Below are positions 1 to 9,228 of a DNA stretch of 64,000 nt, one piece after another (the stretch's first letter is position 1; the number at the start of each line of letters is the position of its first letter). The notes beneath the pieces are model-generated. The model was given only the letters and a program-made list of their open reading frames with translations, was not told where the DNA came from and did no database searches. Both the position numbers and the translations under genes were made by a program. Origin of the DNA: Opitutia bacterium (lineage in GTDB: Bacteria > Verrucomicrobiota > Verrucomicrobiia > Opitutales > Opitutaceae); NCBI GenBank assembly GCA_947478395.1, contig CANJVR010000004.1, positions 160,001 through 224,000 on the forward strand, read 5' to 3'.

Positions 1-296
1 ATGAAGACGTAGGATTGGAGAAAAGATTGCCGAACGTCGGTCTCATTAAAAAGCGAGGCCGTGCGATTAAGTTCGGCATCCGTGAGCTGGAAGAGGAGAT
101 CGGCAGATTTCCACTCGTGGAAGAGTGCCTTTGTCTGGTCGAACGCGTGACCGGAGCCGAAGTCACTGAGGAAGTCCTGGGGTTTTGAGCCTGCGCCGAC
201 GAGGAACTTGTCGCTCTTATAACCGAGCTTAAAGAGAAGCTGCCGGGCGGCGTCCTTGAGCGGGAGGGTTTGGAAATTGGCGAGAGCGGACTTCAT
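1..296 (-). CDS. N-terminal fragment (runs off window) of a probable Type IIG / Eco57I-like restriction-modification enzyme
   Basis: Hand translation from ATG at 296: MKSALANFQTLPLKDAARQLLFKLGY...FHEWKSADLLFQLTDAEL...SFLQSYVF, open to the window edge. ATGA overlap with the helicase stop. Resembles N-termini of the large MTase-REase genes that follow such helicases; MTase motifs are not visible in the window. Confidence 0.55.
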   Translation of the reverse strand, partial: MKSALANFQTLPLKDAARQLLFKLGYKSDKFLVGAGSKPQDFLSDFGSGHAFDQTKALFHEWKSADLLFQLTDAELNRTASLFNETDVRQSFLQSYVF

Positions 297-3200
297 GGTG
301 CTTTGATGACGAGCCAAGTGACGAGTTCGAGGTCAGTCTTCTCGTGAACCTGTTCCTTCGCATTCGGCAGGACGAAGCCGCGCCCGGACTGGAGCCCAGC
401 GGCGGCGCGCTTGCGAAAAGTGACTGCGAGGGAGTCTACGGCTTTTTGCAGGAGCTGGTCGTAAGCTTTCATGTCCGCGCCGTGATTGGTCTGCTGGTCG
501 AAGAGATCGCAAAGCTGTCCGTAGGCTTCCGCTTTGCCGGTGCAAAGGATGCGGTAGATGTCGAGGATCTGCTTGGGATGTGCGAAACCGAAGCGGACGT
601 TGCCATCGTCCAGCACGTAGACGAGGAAGTAGGGATGGAGCGGATTGATGGACTCACTCGGCACGGGCTTGGTGTCGGTGGTTCCGCCGCGCTGGCCTTC
701 CTGCCGGAAGCAGAAGATCACGCCGGGGCCGATGACTTTGTAGTCGGGATGCGTCGGAACACAGGTGTAGAGACCGAAGGGGGCGTCCTCTAGAGCGGCC
801 TTGTTCGCCTCGATGTATTTCAGGAGTTCGAGCCGGAAGTCATCGAGCGTGAACTCGGTGAGGGAGATGCTGTCGCCAAGATCTTCGATGTCCAGAACCT
901 CGTCCTTCAGCCGGAGAAGCTGCTTGTCGCGATAGCGGAGGTCTTCGGAAATGATGTCTTCGATTTCCTCGTTCTTGAGGACGTTGTCCTCGAACGTGGC
1001 GGAGAGATCCACGAGGGCCATGCGGGCTTCGACGCGGTTCTTGAGATTGATGTATTTGTTGAGATCCTCGGTGGGCCAGAAATTGACGAGCTGCACAGTG
1101 TGGCTGGCGCTACCGATTCGATCGATGCGGCCGAATCGCTGGATGATACGGACAGGGTTCCAGTGGATGTCGTAGTTGATGAGGTAATCGCAGTCCTGGA
1201 GATTCTGGCCTTCGCTAATGCAGTCCGTGGCGATGAGGAGATCGATCTCTCCCTGCTGCGGCATACTGGGAATCTTGGCGCGATGCTTGGAGCGCGGTGA
1301 GAAGTTGGTGAGAATGTGGTCGTAAGCGCTATTCCCGAAGGTCGCGCGGGTGTCGCCTCCACCGCACACGAGGGCCATGTGAATGCCGAGTTGCTTGGAG
1401 CCCCATTCTAGGAGCGATTCATAGAGGTAGGTGGCGGTGTCGGCGAACGCGGTGAAGACGAGGATTTTTTTGTTCGGCTCGCCGAGTTTGTTGGTGGTGG
1501 GTTTGGCAACTTTGGCGGCGATGAGCTTTTTCAATTCCGCGAGCTTGGCGTCGGTCGCGGGCGTCACGCTCTGCGCGGCGTTGTAGAGGATATTGAGCTG
1601 GTCCTTGTCCTTCTTGAGGTCCTTCAGCCAATTCTTCCCGGCATCGAGTTCCAGATGCTCGAGTTTATATTTGAACTTACCACCTACGAGCATGGCTTCT
1701 TCGAGTTCCTCGTCGTGGCCGGGGTCGTCGAGTTCGAGTTCAAGCGCCTCAGACTCGGGGTTCTGATTGGGCAACGTCTGGTAGTTCTTAATCTTCTTTT
1801 CCAATCCTTCGATCTTGGCGATGGTGCGCTCCATCGTGATCTCGAACGACTTCACGGAGCTTTCGAGCCGTTTGAGGAAGTTAACCTTCATCATGCCGAT
1901 GAGAAATTTTTCGCGGTCGGCCTGAGTGAAAGGATCGCGGGTGGGCGTCTGATAGAGGCGCTTGAACTCTTCTTTGACGTATTTCGAGGGGTTGAAGAGC
2001 GAGAGTTTGTAGCCGGCGATTTCGTCGTTGAGCTTATCGTAGGAAAGGAACCGTCCGCGCAGGTCGATCTCGGGATAGATTGAGATTGGTTTCTTGCGCT
2101 CGGGGAAGCCGCCGAGCTGAGCGATGGTGGCCTTGTAATATTTCTGGATGTGCTTGCGTGAGCGGGCGATGGTCAGCTCGTCGAGCAGCTTGAAAAACGA
2201 CGCATTGAGTTTCTCCAGTAGTTCGCCGGTCTTGCGCTCGGCGCTGTGCTTTTTTGCCCAGTGGGTGAAAACCTTCTGCGCGGTGGCGAGGGTCTCCTTG
2301 AGACTGCCAATGCCGAGAGATTCCGTGAACGCGTCGTCGCGGTTCTCGGTCAGAAAATAGAGCTGGTTGCGAAGGTCTTTTAGGTCGTTGTTGACCGGAG
2401 TGGCGGAGAGCAGGAGGACCTTGGTGCGAACGCCGGCCTTGATGATGTCGTCCATGAGCCGCTGGTAGCGGCTTCGGCGGATGATGTTGCCCTCGTCGTC
2501 GCGCTTGCCGGGGGTGTTGTTCCGGAAGTTGTGCGACTCGTCGATGACGACGAGGTCGTAGTTGCCCCAATTAAGGGTCGCGAGGTTGATGTCGCCGGAG
2601 TAGCCGGTCTCACGGCTGAGGTCGGTGTGGGAGACAACATCGTAGCGGAAGCGGTCTGAGCCGAACGGATTCAGGAGACTGTTGGCCCGGTAAACGGTCC
2701 AGTTGTCGCGTAGTTTCTTCGGGCAGAGAACGAGGATGCGCTCATTCTTCAGTTCGAAATATTTGATGACGGCCAGCGCCTCGTAGGTTTTGCCCAAGCC
2801 AACGCTGTCTGCGATAATGCAGCCGTTGTGGCGGAGGATTTTGTTGATGGCACCTTTGGCCCCGTCCTTTTGAAATTCGAATAGAGCCTTCCAAATGTCC
2901 GTCTCAAACAGGCTGGTCTTGCCCAGATCCGCGTCGGTCTTACCAGTGTCGCCGAGGAACTTCTCGAAGATGTGGAAGAGGGTCTTGTAGTAGATGAACT
3001 CTGGGGTGTTGTTCTCGTAGAGTTGCTTGAGGTAATTGAGCACCTCCTGCTTTACGTCCTTCACGAGGGCCTCGTTGCCCCAAAGTTCATCGAACCACTG
3101 CTTGAGTTCGTGACGGTCGCGGTTGCCGTCAACGATCAGGTTTAGCTCGATGTTGTTGCCCGCCGCGCCAAGGCCCAAGCCGCGCACCGTGAAGTTGGAA

Positions 3201-3622
3201 CTACCAAGGATGGCATCGTCCACGCCAGCGGTGGCGACGTGATACATTTTCCCGTGAAGGAGGTTGGACTGCTTGATGGTCTTGATGTCCACCTTGCGCT
3301 CGATCCAGTCGGCGCATTCCTTCGCGACGCGTTTTTGCTGGAGCTTGTTGGCGAGTTCCAAGCCGTCGGCGTCGATAATGAAAGCCTTCTTTTCGGTCTT
3401 GGTCGGATCGAGCCGGTTGACGAACGACGGTTCACCGAAAAGAAAATCCAGGTGCTCAACTCGTTCGAGAGCTTCCTTGAGCGCATCGTAGGCGTAGATG
3501 GTGAAGTAGGCGGAGACGATGGAGAGTTTTGATCGATCTCGGATTTTCGAGTCCAGGAAATCGGCGACTGTTCCACGCGTGTGATTATCGCGAAGGCCGG
3601 AGTTGTTTGGGGACGGGGGCAT
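293..3622 (-). CDS. PLD-nuclease domain fused to SNF2-family helicase (defence-associated)
   Basis: N-terminal LHGKMY...ILGSSNFT (HxK PLD motif); ADSVGLGKT Walker A, DESH Walker B, SATP motif III, SEGQNLQ, QRFGRIDRIG motif VI. Confidence 0.9.
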   Translation of the reverse strand: MPPSPNNSGLRDNHTRGTVADFLDSKIRDRSKLSIVSAYFTIYAYDALKEALERVEHLDFLFGEPSFVNRLDPTKTEKKAFIIDADGLELANKLQQKRVAKECADWIERKVDIKTIKQSNLLHGKMYHVATAGVDDAILGSSNFTVRGLGLGAAGNNIELNLIVDGNRDRHELKQWFDELWGNEALVKDVKQEVLNYLKQLYENNTPEFIYYKTLFHIFEKFLGDTGKTDADLGKTSLFETDIWKALFEFQKDGAKGAINKILRHNGCIIADSVGLGKTYEALAVIKYFELKNERILVLCPKKLRDNWTVYRANSLLNPFGSDRFRYDVVSHTDLSRETGYSGDINLATLNWGNYDLVVIDESHNFRNNTPGKRDDEGNIIRRSRYQRLMDDIIKAGVRTKVLLLSATPVNNDLKDLRNQLYFLTENRDDAFTESLGIGSLKETLATAQKVFTHWAKKHSAERKTGELLEKLNASFFKLLDELTIARSRKHIQKYYKATIAQLGGFPERKKPISIYPEIDLRGRFLSYDKLNDEIAGYKLSLFNPSKYVKEEFKRLYQTPTRDPFTQADREKFLIGMMKVNFLKRLESSVKSFEITMERTIAKIEGLEKKIKNYQTLPNQNPESEALELELDDPGHDEELEEAMLVGGKFKYKLEHLELDAGKNWLKDLKKDKDQLNILYNAAQSVTPATDAKLAELKKLIAAKVAKPTTNKLGEPNKKILVFTAFADTATYLYESLLEWGSKQLGIHMALVCGGGDTRATFGNSAYDHILTNFSPRSKHRAKIPSMPQQGEIDLLIATDCISEGQNLQDCDYLINYDIHWNPVRIIQRFGRIDRIGSASHTVQLVNFWPTEDLNKYINLKNRVEARMALVDLSATFEDNVLKNEEIEDIISEDLRYRDKQLLRLKDEVLDIEDLGDSISLTEFTLDDFRLELLKYIEANKAALEDAPFGLYTCVPTHPDYKVIGPGVIFCFRQEGQRGGTTDTKPVPSESINPLHPYFLVYVLDDGNVRFGFAHPKQILDIYRILCTGKAEAYGQLCDLFDQQTNHGADMKAYDQLLQKAVDSLAVTFRKRAAAGLQSGRGFVLPNAKEQVHEKTDLELVTWLVIKAP

Positions 3623-4009
3623 CTAGTTGAACGATTTACTCCTGCAATGCTGGCAGTGGCGCGTTTTGCGACAACGGCGGGCTTCGGCGAGAAGCCGGTC
3701 GGTATGTGCGCGTGCAGTAGCTGTTTGGGGTCATGCTGGAGTCCGCGTTTTTACCAGCGCACCCCGCCAGGGCAATCTTTCAAGGAGCAATCTCGCCCCA
3801 CATCACTATCGTGGCCTCGCGTTGAATTTCTGGTGGAGAGAGGGCGTTTTCGGGGTGATCTGGCTTACCCACTGCGCGCGTGGTGGGGAATCCTTCCGCT
3901 CTCCCGTGAATGACTCCGAGCGGCTTATTTTGGAGACGTCCGGAGATGATGAGGGCGGGCTCGTGGTTTGAAGAGCCGGGGTGAAGAATATCACGGGCGC
4001 AAAAAGCAG

Positions 4010-4153
4010 ATTGTCCCGCTTGGACAATGCTCTCTGTCGTCATTGTCCCAGAGCTGAGGACGCGGACAATCCCCTCCGAAACGATTGTCCGAAATTGAAG
4101 CCGAGGACAATGCGCTCCCGGCTACATTATGAGGGCTACAATGCCTGGACAAT
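4010..4153. repeat. Array of seven ATTGTCC/GGACAAT heptamers, mostly as inverted pairs
   Basis: ATTGTCC at 4010, 4042, 4084; GGACAAT at 4022, 4064, 4105, 4147. Confidence 0.8.
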
Positions 4154-4535
4154 GAGCCCGAAAGGGCCGGCTGGAGCCGCAAAGGCAGGCGACTATACTA
4201 ATCGCACGCATGACGAGAAATTCCAGCGAAAGCACGGCTTCCGGTCGGGTAGCGATGACCGGAGAAAAAGAGACTGACCCCCAACGGGCCTCACTACCGA
4301 ACGTTGCAGTGAACCCTGGTCTCACATCTTTTCCGCTAGACTTCTTCAGCACTCAAGGCCGACCGGGTGGAAGGAGAACTTGTTCTGGAGTTGCGCATGG
4401 TCACGACGGCCGCTTCGAAGAGATTTCTGCCTATCATTCTGTAACAATCAATGTGAGGACCATCGAACTGGCGGCGTAATATCGCGACGTTCCAGGCGCT
4501 ATTTTTTGCAGTTTCTCCACTCGCAGCAGTAAAAG

Positions 4536-5849
4536 GTGAAAAATGAAATAAACATCAGATTCCGCTACCCATACCGTTTCCAAATTTCCCATTTAGGGGA
4601 CATGATTAGCTGTTGCAGCATAACACGGTCGTCATTCTGGCAGACGCTCGCTCACCTCAAGTCGTGGTCCAAACGACACAAGGCAGACAAGGAATACTTT
4701 GGCCTCCAGAATGGATCATGTCCGCTACAACCATTCCTCCACGCCATCTACGATGACCTCGGCTACTACGAGGCTGTCCACGGACTTCTCGCTCCCTTTG
4801 ACGAGGACGACTTTCCGAAGATGATCTATGCCCGGGATCAGTGGGGACGTCAGAGAAAAGGAACGGTTGCCTACCACGTGGTCGCTTCGCCGTCTGACCG
4901 GGTGCAGGGTTTTTTCCACGCGGTTAGGGAGCCGAAATTACTCTCGGACCTATTGAAGGCAGCCCATTGGGCAATGCTGAGGCCCATCGCCGCCGAACTC
5001 GGCGGATGCCTCGTGACGGCTCCCCATTGCGACACGGCCCGATTTCACACGGAAATTCTTTGTCCGAAATACAACGCGGACGGTGCTCGAATTAGGAAGG
5101 GGTTCACCTGGGACAATAAATGGCTGTCCTGTCTAGCGTCGCGGCAAGTCGCCGGGTTAGGCGAGACCCGCTTCAAAATGGAAGCGCCGCGTTGGAACAC
5201 GACCATCGCAATGCGCCTGGAGCATGAACTCCTCGCCCTCTGCCGGAAGTTTTTCGTGACCCACGGATTGGATCTATCGAAGGCCGCCGAAGCCACCGTC
5301 ATGCTCCAAACAGAGTGGCGCGCTGAGAAGGGGAAGGCTGAAGCCCGCGAGCGCCAGGCGCAGAATCCCTCCTCGGAGAGGCCGGTCGAGTTGGTCATCC
5401 ATGCCGAACCAGAAACAGCATCCACCGTTCCCGCGTCGGTCCCCGAGGTGGAGCTTTCGAAGGCGGCATCATTGCCGTCGACAACCCCGCTCACGGTCAT
5501 ACCGGAAGTTGCGGCACTGGCACCAGCGTCGGAGAAAGAGGTGACGACGCCAGCGACACCTATCCGTCAGGTCATTCGGCAGCCCCGCCCCCCCCGGTGG
5601 GAGGAGTTGACTAAGGAACTGGTGGCTTTCCACAGCGATGATAAAAAACGAGCCCGGCCGTCTGCGTCTTGGGTTGTCGCCGACGACGGCTGGCCGCGCC
5701 TCGCGGCGGCGCTGGCGATCGCGCTGGCCGCGGCCGAGGCGAGCAACGACGAAGCGTCTGAATTCAAGAGGACATACGGCCTCTACCTATCTGCGCGGAG
5801 CCACGATCTTGATCGGACCAGTGCCGAGATGGAGCCCGAGACGCCCTGA
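4536..5849 (+). CDS. Divergent HUH relaxase-like (MOB-P/VirD2-like) protein with low-complexity C-terminus
   Basis: YHVVASPS (motif II-like) and LVTAPHCDTARFHTE (HxDT...HxH motif III-like, last His replaced by Glu). Start uncertain (GTG 4536 or ATG 4602). Confidence 0.5.
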   Translation: MKNEINIRFRYPYRFQISHLGDMISCCSITRSSFWQTLAHLKSWSKRHKADKEYFGLQNGSCPLQPFLHAIYDDLGYYEAVHGLLAPFDEDDFPKMIYARDQWGRQRKGTVAYHVVASPSDRVQGFFHAVREPKLLSDLLKAAHWAMLRPIAAELGGCLVTAPHCDTARFHTEILCPKYNADGARIRKGFTWDNKWLSCLASRQVAGLGETRFKMEAPRWNTTIAMRLEHELLALCRKFFVTHGLDLSKAAEATVMLQTEWRAEKGKAEARERQAQNPSSERPVELVIHAEPETASTVPASVPEVELSKAASLPSTTPLTVIPEVAALAPASEKEVTTPATPIRQVIRQPRPPRWEELTKELVAFHSDDKKRARPSASWVVADDGWPRLAAALAIALAAAEASNDEASEFKRTYGLYLSARSHDLDRTSAEMEPETP

Positions 5850-5873
5850 GAGCATGGGTGACCCGGAAACTTC

Positions 5874-6284
5874 TTAGGGCGATTCCGAGAGCCGGAAAAG
5901 CAAATGCCCTATCAGCCCACCGAGCGCCGTAACCGAAACAAAAAAAAGGTAGTATCCGATTTCTTGGCTTGGTTTCAAAGAATACCGCAAGGCCTGACAC
6001 CAGACTCGTTCCATCACCCACAGTCGGATTGAAGGGGGAAGCAGTTCCAACAGGTCGAAGAGCCGCCCCAGGCGCACGTCACCAGCCCCCTTTCGACGGA
6101 CGCGCACGTAGAGGCCGCCGTCGATGACCAGCCAAAGGTTCGGACTGGTAGGACACGGGTGTCGTTCGCCGAGGGAAGCGTCGCCCACGATCAACTGAAC
6201 CGTAAGGCCGTGGAGCCAGTCCCGTTCCGTCGCCGTAAGCGCGCTTAGGCGTGCCTGGATTTCGTTGGGATCGAGGGGGAGCAT
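5874..6284 (-). CDS. Hypothetical protein with C-terminal hydrophobic segment
   Basis: 136-aa ORF directly downstream of the 6292 ORF on the same strand; no family recognised. Confidence 0.5.
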   Translation of the reverse strand: MLPLDPNEIQARLSALTATERDWLHGLTVQLIVGDASLGERHPCPTSPNLWLVIDGGLYVRVRRKGAGDVRLGRLFDLLELLPPSIRLWVMERVWCQALRYSLKPSQEIGYYLFFVSVTALGGLIGHLLFRLSESP

Positions 6285-6291
6285 GATGGGA

Positions 6292-6975
6292 TTACTCCGC
6301 TTTTGCTTTCGCCCGTTCAGTTTTTAGTTTCTCCGCCACGAAAGCTTTGGCCAATTTCCGCGCTTCGCCGACGGAAGCCCCGAAGGCATCAGCGAGCATT
6401 TTTTCCGCTTCGTCGATCACACGCAGGAAGGAGGCAAAGACCACAGAGGGCGGATGCTGCTTCGAGTGGTTAAATTCATAGCCATCGTGCAGCGCTCTTT
6501 CAATTTTATCAGTGGACTCGACCAGCAGATCTCTGAGCTTCTCGTATTCCGGGTCGGCAAAATTGTCTTTTTCGGGTTGGCTTTGCTCTGGGGCGACCTG
6601 ACGCGCAATTTGCTTGGTGGTGTGGTGCGTCAACCGGGTGCCGGTCGCGATGTGCGATTTAAGGATTTTAACGGCCTGCTCTTTCTGCTCCGCGGTTTCG
6701 AGGCGGTGAAGGTAACGGTATGCGCCTTCACGGAGATGGCGTTCTAGGTGCGGAATATTCGACTCCGAGATGAACTGAACATACCCAATCAGACGATAGC
6801 CTTGGCCCTTAGAATAGCCCCAGACTTCGTCGAGGTATTCCTCGAAACTCTTGAAATCGATCGAGTAGAGCTTTTGCTCCCAGATTTCGAAAAGGCCGGC
6901 GTAGGCCTGTAGCAGGCCTTTTTCGATCGACGCTTCGATTTTTTTACGGGCAAGAAGTTTGGTTTCTGTGGACAT
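6292..6975 (-). CDS. Mobile-element hypothetical DNA-binding protein
   Basis: LFEIWEQKLY...FKSFEEYLDEVWGYSKGQGYRLI matches a helical motif common in phage/ICE proteins (LxEIxxxxLY...TFEEY...WG.S...AYRLI). Alternative start 7068. Confidence 0.6.
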   Translation of the reverse strand: MSTETKLLARKKIEASIEKGLLQAYAGLFEIWEQKLYSIDFKSFEEYLDEVWGYSKGQGYRLIGYVQFISESNIPHLERHLREGAYRYLHRLETAEQKEQAVKILKSHIATGTRLTHHTTKQIARQVAPEQSQPEKDNFADPEYEKLRDLLVESTDKIERALHDGYEFNHSKQHPPSVVFASFLRVIDEAEKMLADAFGASVGEARKLAKAFVAEKLKTERAKAKAE

Positions 6976-7173
6976 AGGTTTTATTTCTGATTTCGCGGGC
7001 GCGTGATTGCGTCCGGTAATCCTGCCTATGACGGGGGTATCCCAAAATGTAAGAGGGACTCGCCCCATTTACACTTCCTTCAGATTTGGACTCCACGGTG
7101 GGAGGCTTCGCTCCGTGTGATGTCGCCAATTGGCGACACTGCCTAAGGCGAAATCGCCTCGAAAAGGGTTCTT

Positions 7174-7478
7174 TGGTGGGCCCACTGGGATTCGAACCCA
7201 GAACCAAAGGATTCAGTTGGTCCGGACGTTTCCGTCTGGTCTGGACTATGTCTTCACCCGCCTTGGAGGCGGGGACGGGAGTTACGCGGGAATTAAGGGG
7301 ACTAAACCCCTCCGCTAGTCTCTACACCTTCCACCGCTGTAGCGGTGGCTCGGCTCGGCGTTCCCATGCCACACTCGCGGCGAAGGGTTCTCCGAATTTC
7401 CCCGTATCCCGCCGGCAATCACTCACCGGCGGCACCATTTTGATGAGTCCTCTGCTCTAACCGTTGAGCTATAGGCCC
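7174..7478 (-). tRNA. tRNA-Ile2 (CAT anticodon, lysidine type), split by a group I intron; exons 7478-7443 and 7213-7174
   Basis: Spliced product GGGCCTA TA GCTC AACGGTTA GAGC A GAGGA CT CAT | AA TCCTT TGGTT CTGGG TTCGAAT CCCAG TGGGCCC A CCA: 36+40=76 nt, complete cloverleaf with encoded CCA. G1-C72 excludes initiator tRNA; C4-G69/C5-G68 favour Ile2 over elongator Met. Confidence 0.93.
7214..7442 (-). ncRNA. Group I self-splicing intron (IC3-like, Azoarcus tRNA-Ile type), 229 nt, no ORF
   Basis: Inserted 3' of the anticodon. P1 CAU|CA-AAA-UGGUG gives a U.G pair at the 5' splice site; P2 has a GUGA loop; AAUUCGG/CCGAG P4; GAAGGUGUAGAGACUA (7331-7316) and GAAGACAUAGUCC (7255-7243) form P7; P9 has a GAAA loop; terminal omega-G at 7214. 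Confidence 0.93.
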
Positions 7479-7550
7479 AAATCCAAAGAACGCCACGTTT
7501 GTCGCCTCACACGGGGGCCACTGCAACCTTCGTTTCGCGCGGCGCTGACG

Positions 7551-7982
7551 TTATTCGTCGCGCGGGAGCTTGGCTTCTCGAATCAGCGTGCGAAATTCAG
7601 CTCTGACACGAGCGTCCTTTAAGGCTTCGAGGAGAAGTTCCGAAAGGAGCGAACTGGCCGCGCGTTCGTTCTCCTTGGCCACCGGCAAAGAGGGAATTGG
7701 CGGCTTGGGAGCGATACGCGGCGCGAACTCCGAAATATTCACGCCGAGGCGCTCCGCTTCCATCAATTCCAATTGGTATCCCAATTTGACCATGCTCCGG
7801 ACGTCGGCTTCCGAGTATCGCAAGACCCGTTGGTTTAGGTGCACAGGGTCGAGCTGCCGGTGGTCATTTGTGAGACGCTTGATGGTGCCATCAGAAACGC
7901 GGAACAGGAGAGCCATTTCCTTTCGAGTGAAGGACGGCGATGGTGAACCTAAATCGGTGGATGGATCTGTGAGGCCGAACAT
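7551..7982 (-). CDS. Excisionase/AlpA-like helix-turn-helix protein
   Basis: FTRKEMALLFRVSDGTIKRL...PVHLNQRVLRYSEADV; directly downstream of the integrase. Confidence 0.75.
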   Translation of the reverse strand: MFGLTDPSTDLGSPSPSFTRKEMALLFRVSDGTIKRLTNDHRQLDPVHLNQRVLRYSEADVRSMVKLGYQLELMEAERLGVNISEFAPRIAPKPPIPSLPVAKENERAASSLLSELLLEALKDARVRAEFRTLIREAKLPRDE

Positions 7983-8049
7983 CTAACCCCCTTTGAATCG
8001 GTTCGAGCGGTTGTCCAAGGAATGTTGGCCGATCGCACCCATAGGATGC

Positions 8050-8078
8050 AAAAAGGCCGACCCGGCTTCGGGTCGGCC
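8050..8078 (-). terminator. Intrinsic terminator after integrase
   Basis: Perfect stem GGCCGACCCG / CGGGTCGGCC with 4-nt loop, followed by T5 on the minus strand. Confidence 0.75.
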
Positions 8079-8102
8079 AATCTTGCTGGAGCTACCCGGC
8101 GC

Positions 8103-9227
8103 TTAAGCGGCGCCCTTTTCTTTCCCCTTGGGAAGAAGGGCCCCCAAGCCCGTCGTGGTTTTCCGACGCTCGGCCACGTAGTAGGTCGCCGTGATCTTTA
8201 TTGAGGCGTGGCGAAGGCTTTTGCTCGCAGCGACCAAACCCCATTTTTCATTAATCAACGAGCCGCACTCTTTCCGCAATGTGTGTAGGGGGCACCGCGC
8301 TTTGACACCGTGATCGCGCAGCCACTGATTGAGGTTCTTAAAGCTACTTTCACAGCGGTAGTGCCGGTAGTTTTTCGGGCGCCGTGAGTTGTTCTTAGAC
8401 TCAACGATGTAGGGCCCCGTGGCGCGTTCTTTGAAGATTCGAAGGACATCCAGGAGTTCCTGCTCGATCGCGACGTCCCCGCCCGACGCGACGGTCTTCA
8501 GCTCGAGGAATTCATGCGCTTCAATACTCATATGGCTGCGCTCCCAGTTGATCCACGTCCACAGGGCCTGATCAATTTCCCCGCGACGCAGACCTAGGAG
8601 GAGACCAAAAATGAAGATTTTGAATTCCTCAGGGCGGTCGGTCGACAGCTCGGCGATCGCCAAACGCGTGAGTGCCTGGGCCTCGATTTTCGAAGAGTAG
8701 GCAAAGCCGCTCAAGCCTTTCACCGACATCGATACCTCGTGGAATGGCATGGGTGGGACGATGACGCCCAACTGCGCGATTTCCTTGATTACTTCCTCAC
8801 GGAACAGCGCCCGCAAATTGCGGATATATCCGTCCATTGTGACTTGAGCGTGCCTAAGTTGCACGGGTTGGTCGACGAACCGGGCGAGGTATGCCCGCTT
8901 GAAGTCCTTCACCTTGGTAAGCGTGATCGTATTCAGCAACTGCTCGTCAACCTTCGCTCTCCATTCCCGAATCCGAACGCCCTTGGCTTTGCCAGAGCCG
9001 ATACCGGACATCCAAGCTACCAGGGTTCTGAGTTTCGAAATGTAGCTGATAAAGGTTGTCCCCGACGTGAAGAGACCCGTGAGAAGAGCCAGGCGAATAA
9101 ATTCGCCGACCGTGAGAACGGGAGCCGGTTTAACGGCCTTCGGTTTGTAACGCTTTACGGTTTCATCCCAGCCTACGCCGATGACGCTGAGATAGATCTC
9201 ACGGGCCTTACGGGCTGCGGCGTCTGA
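8103..9227 (-). pseudogene. Tyrosine recombinase/integrase, 5'-truncated
   Basis: Catalytic motifs GLRRGEI, LKT, HTLRK, LRH...TATYY. The frame stays open upstream of ATG 9011 (DAAARKAREIYLSVIGVGWDETVKRYKP...TVGEF) with no start codon, runs into the repeat at 9229 and meets TGA at 9248-9246. Confidence 0.8.
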
Positions 9228-9228
9228 G

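Noticed and set aside
4010..4153. CRISPR array
   Set aside because: Repeats are only 7 bp, alternate in orientation and have irregular spacing; no cas genes are present.
7086..7460. ORFs 7086-7460, 7130-7318 and 6944-7207 as an intron-encoded homing endonuclease
   Set aside because: They overlap the tRNA exons and ribozyme core, two are antisense, and none has LAGLIDADG, GIY-YIG or HNH motifs.
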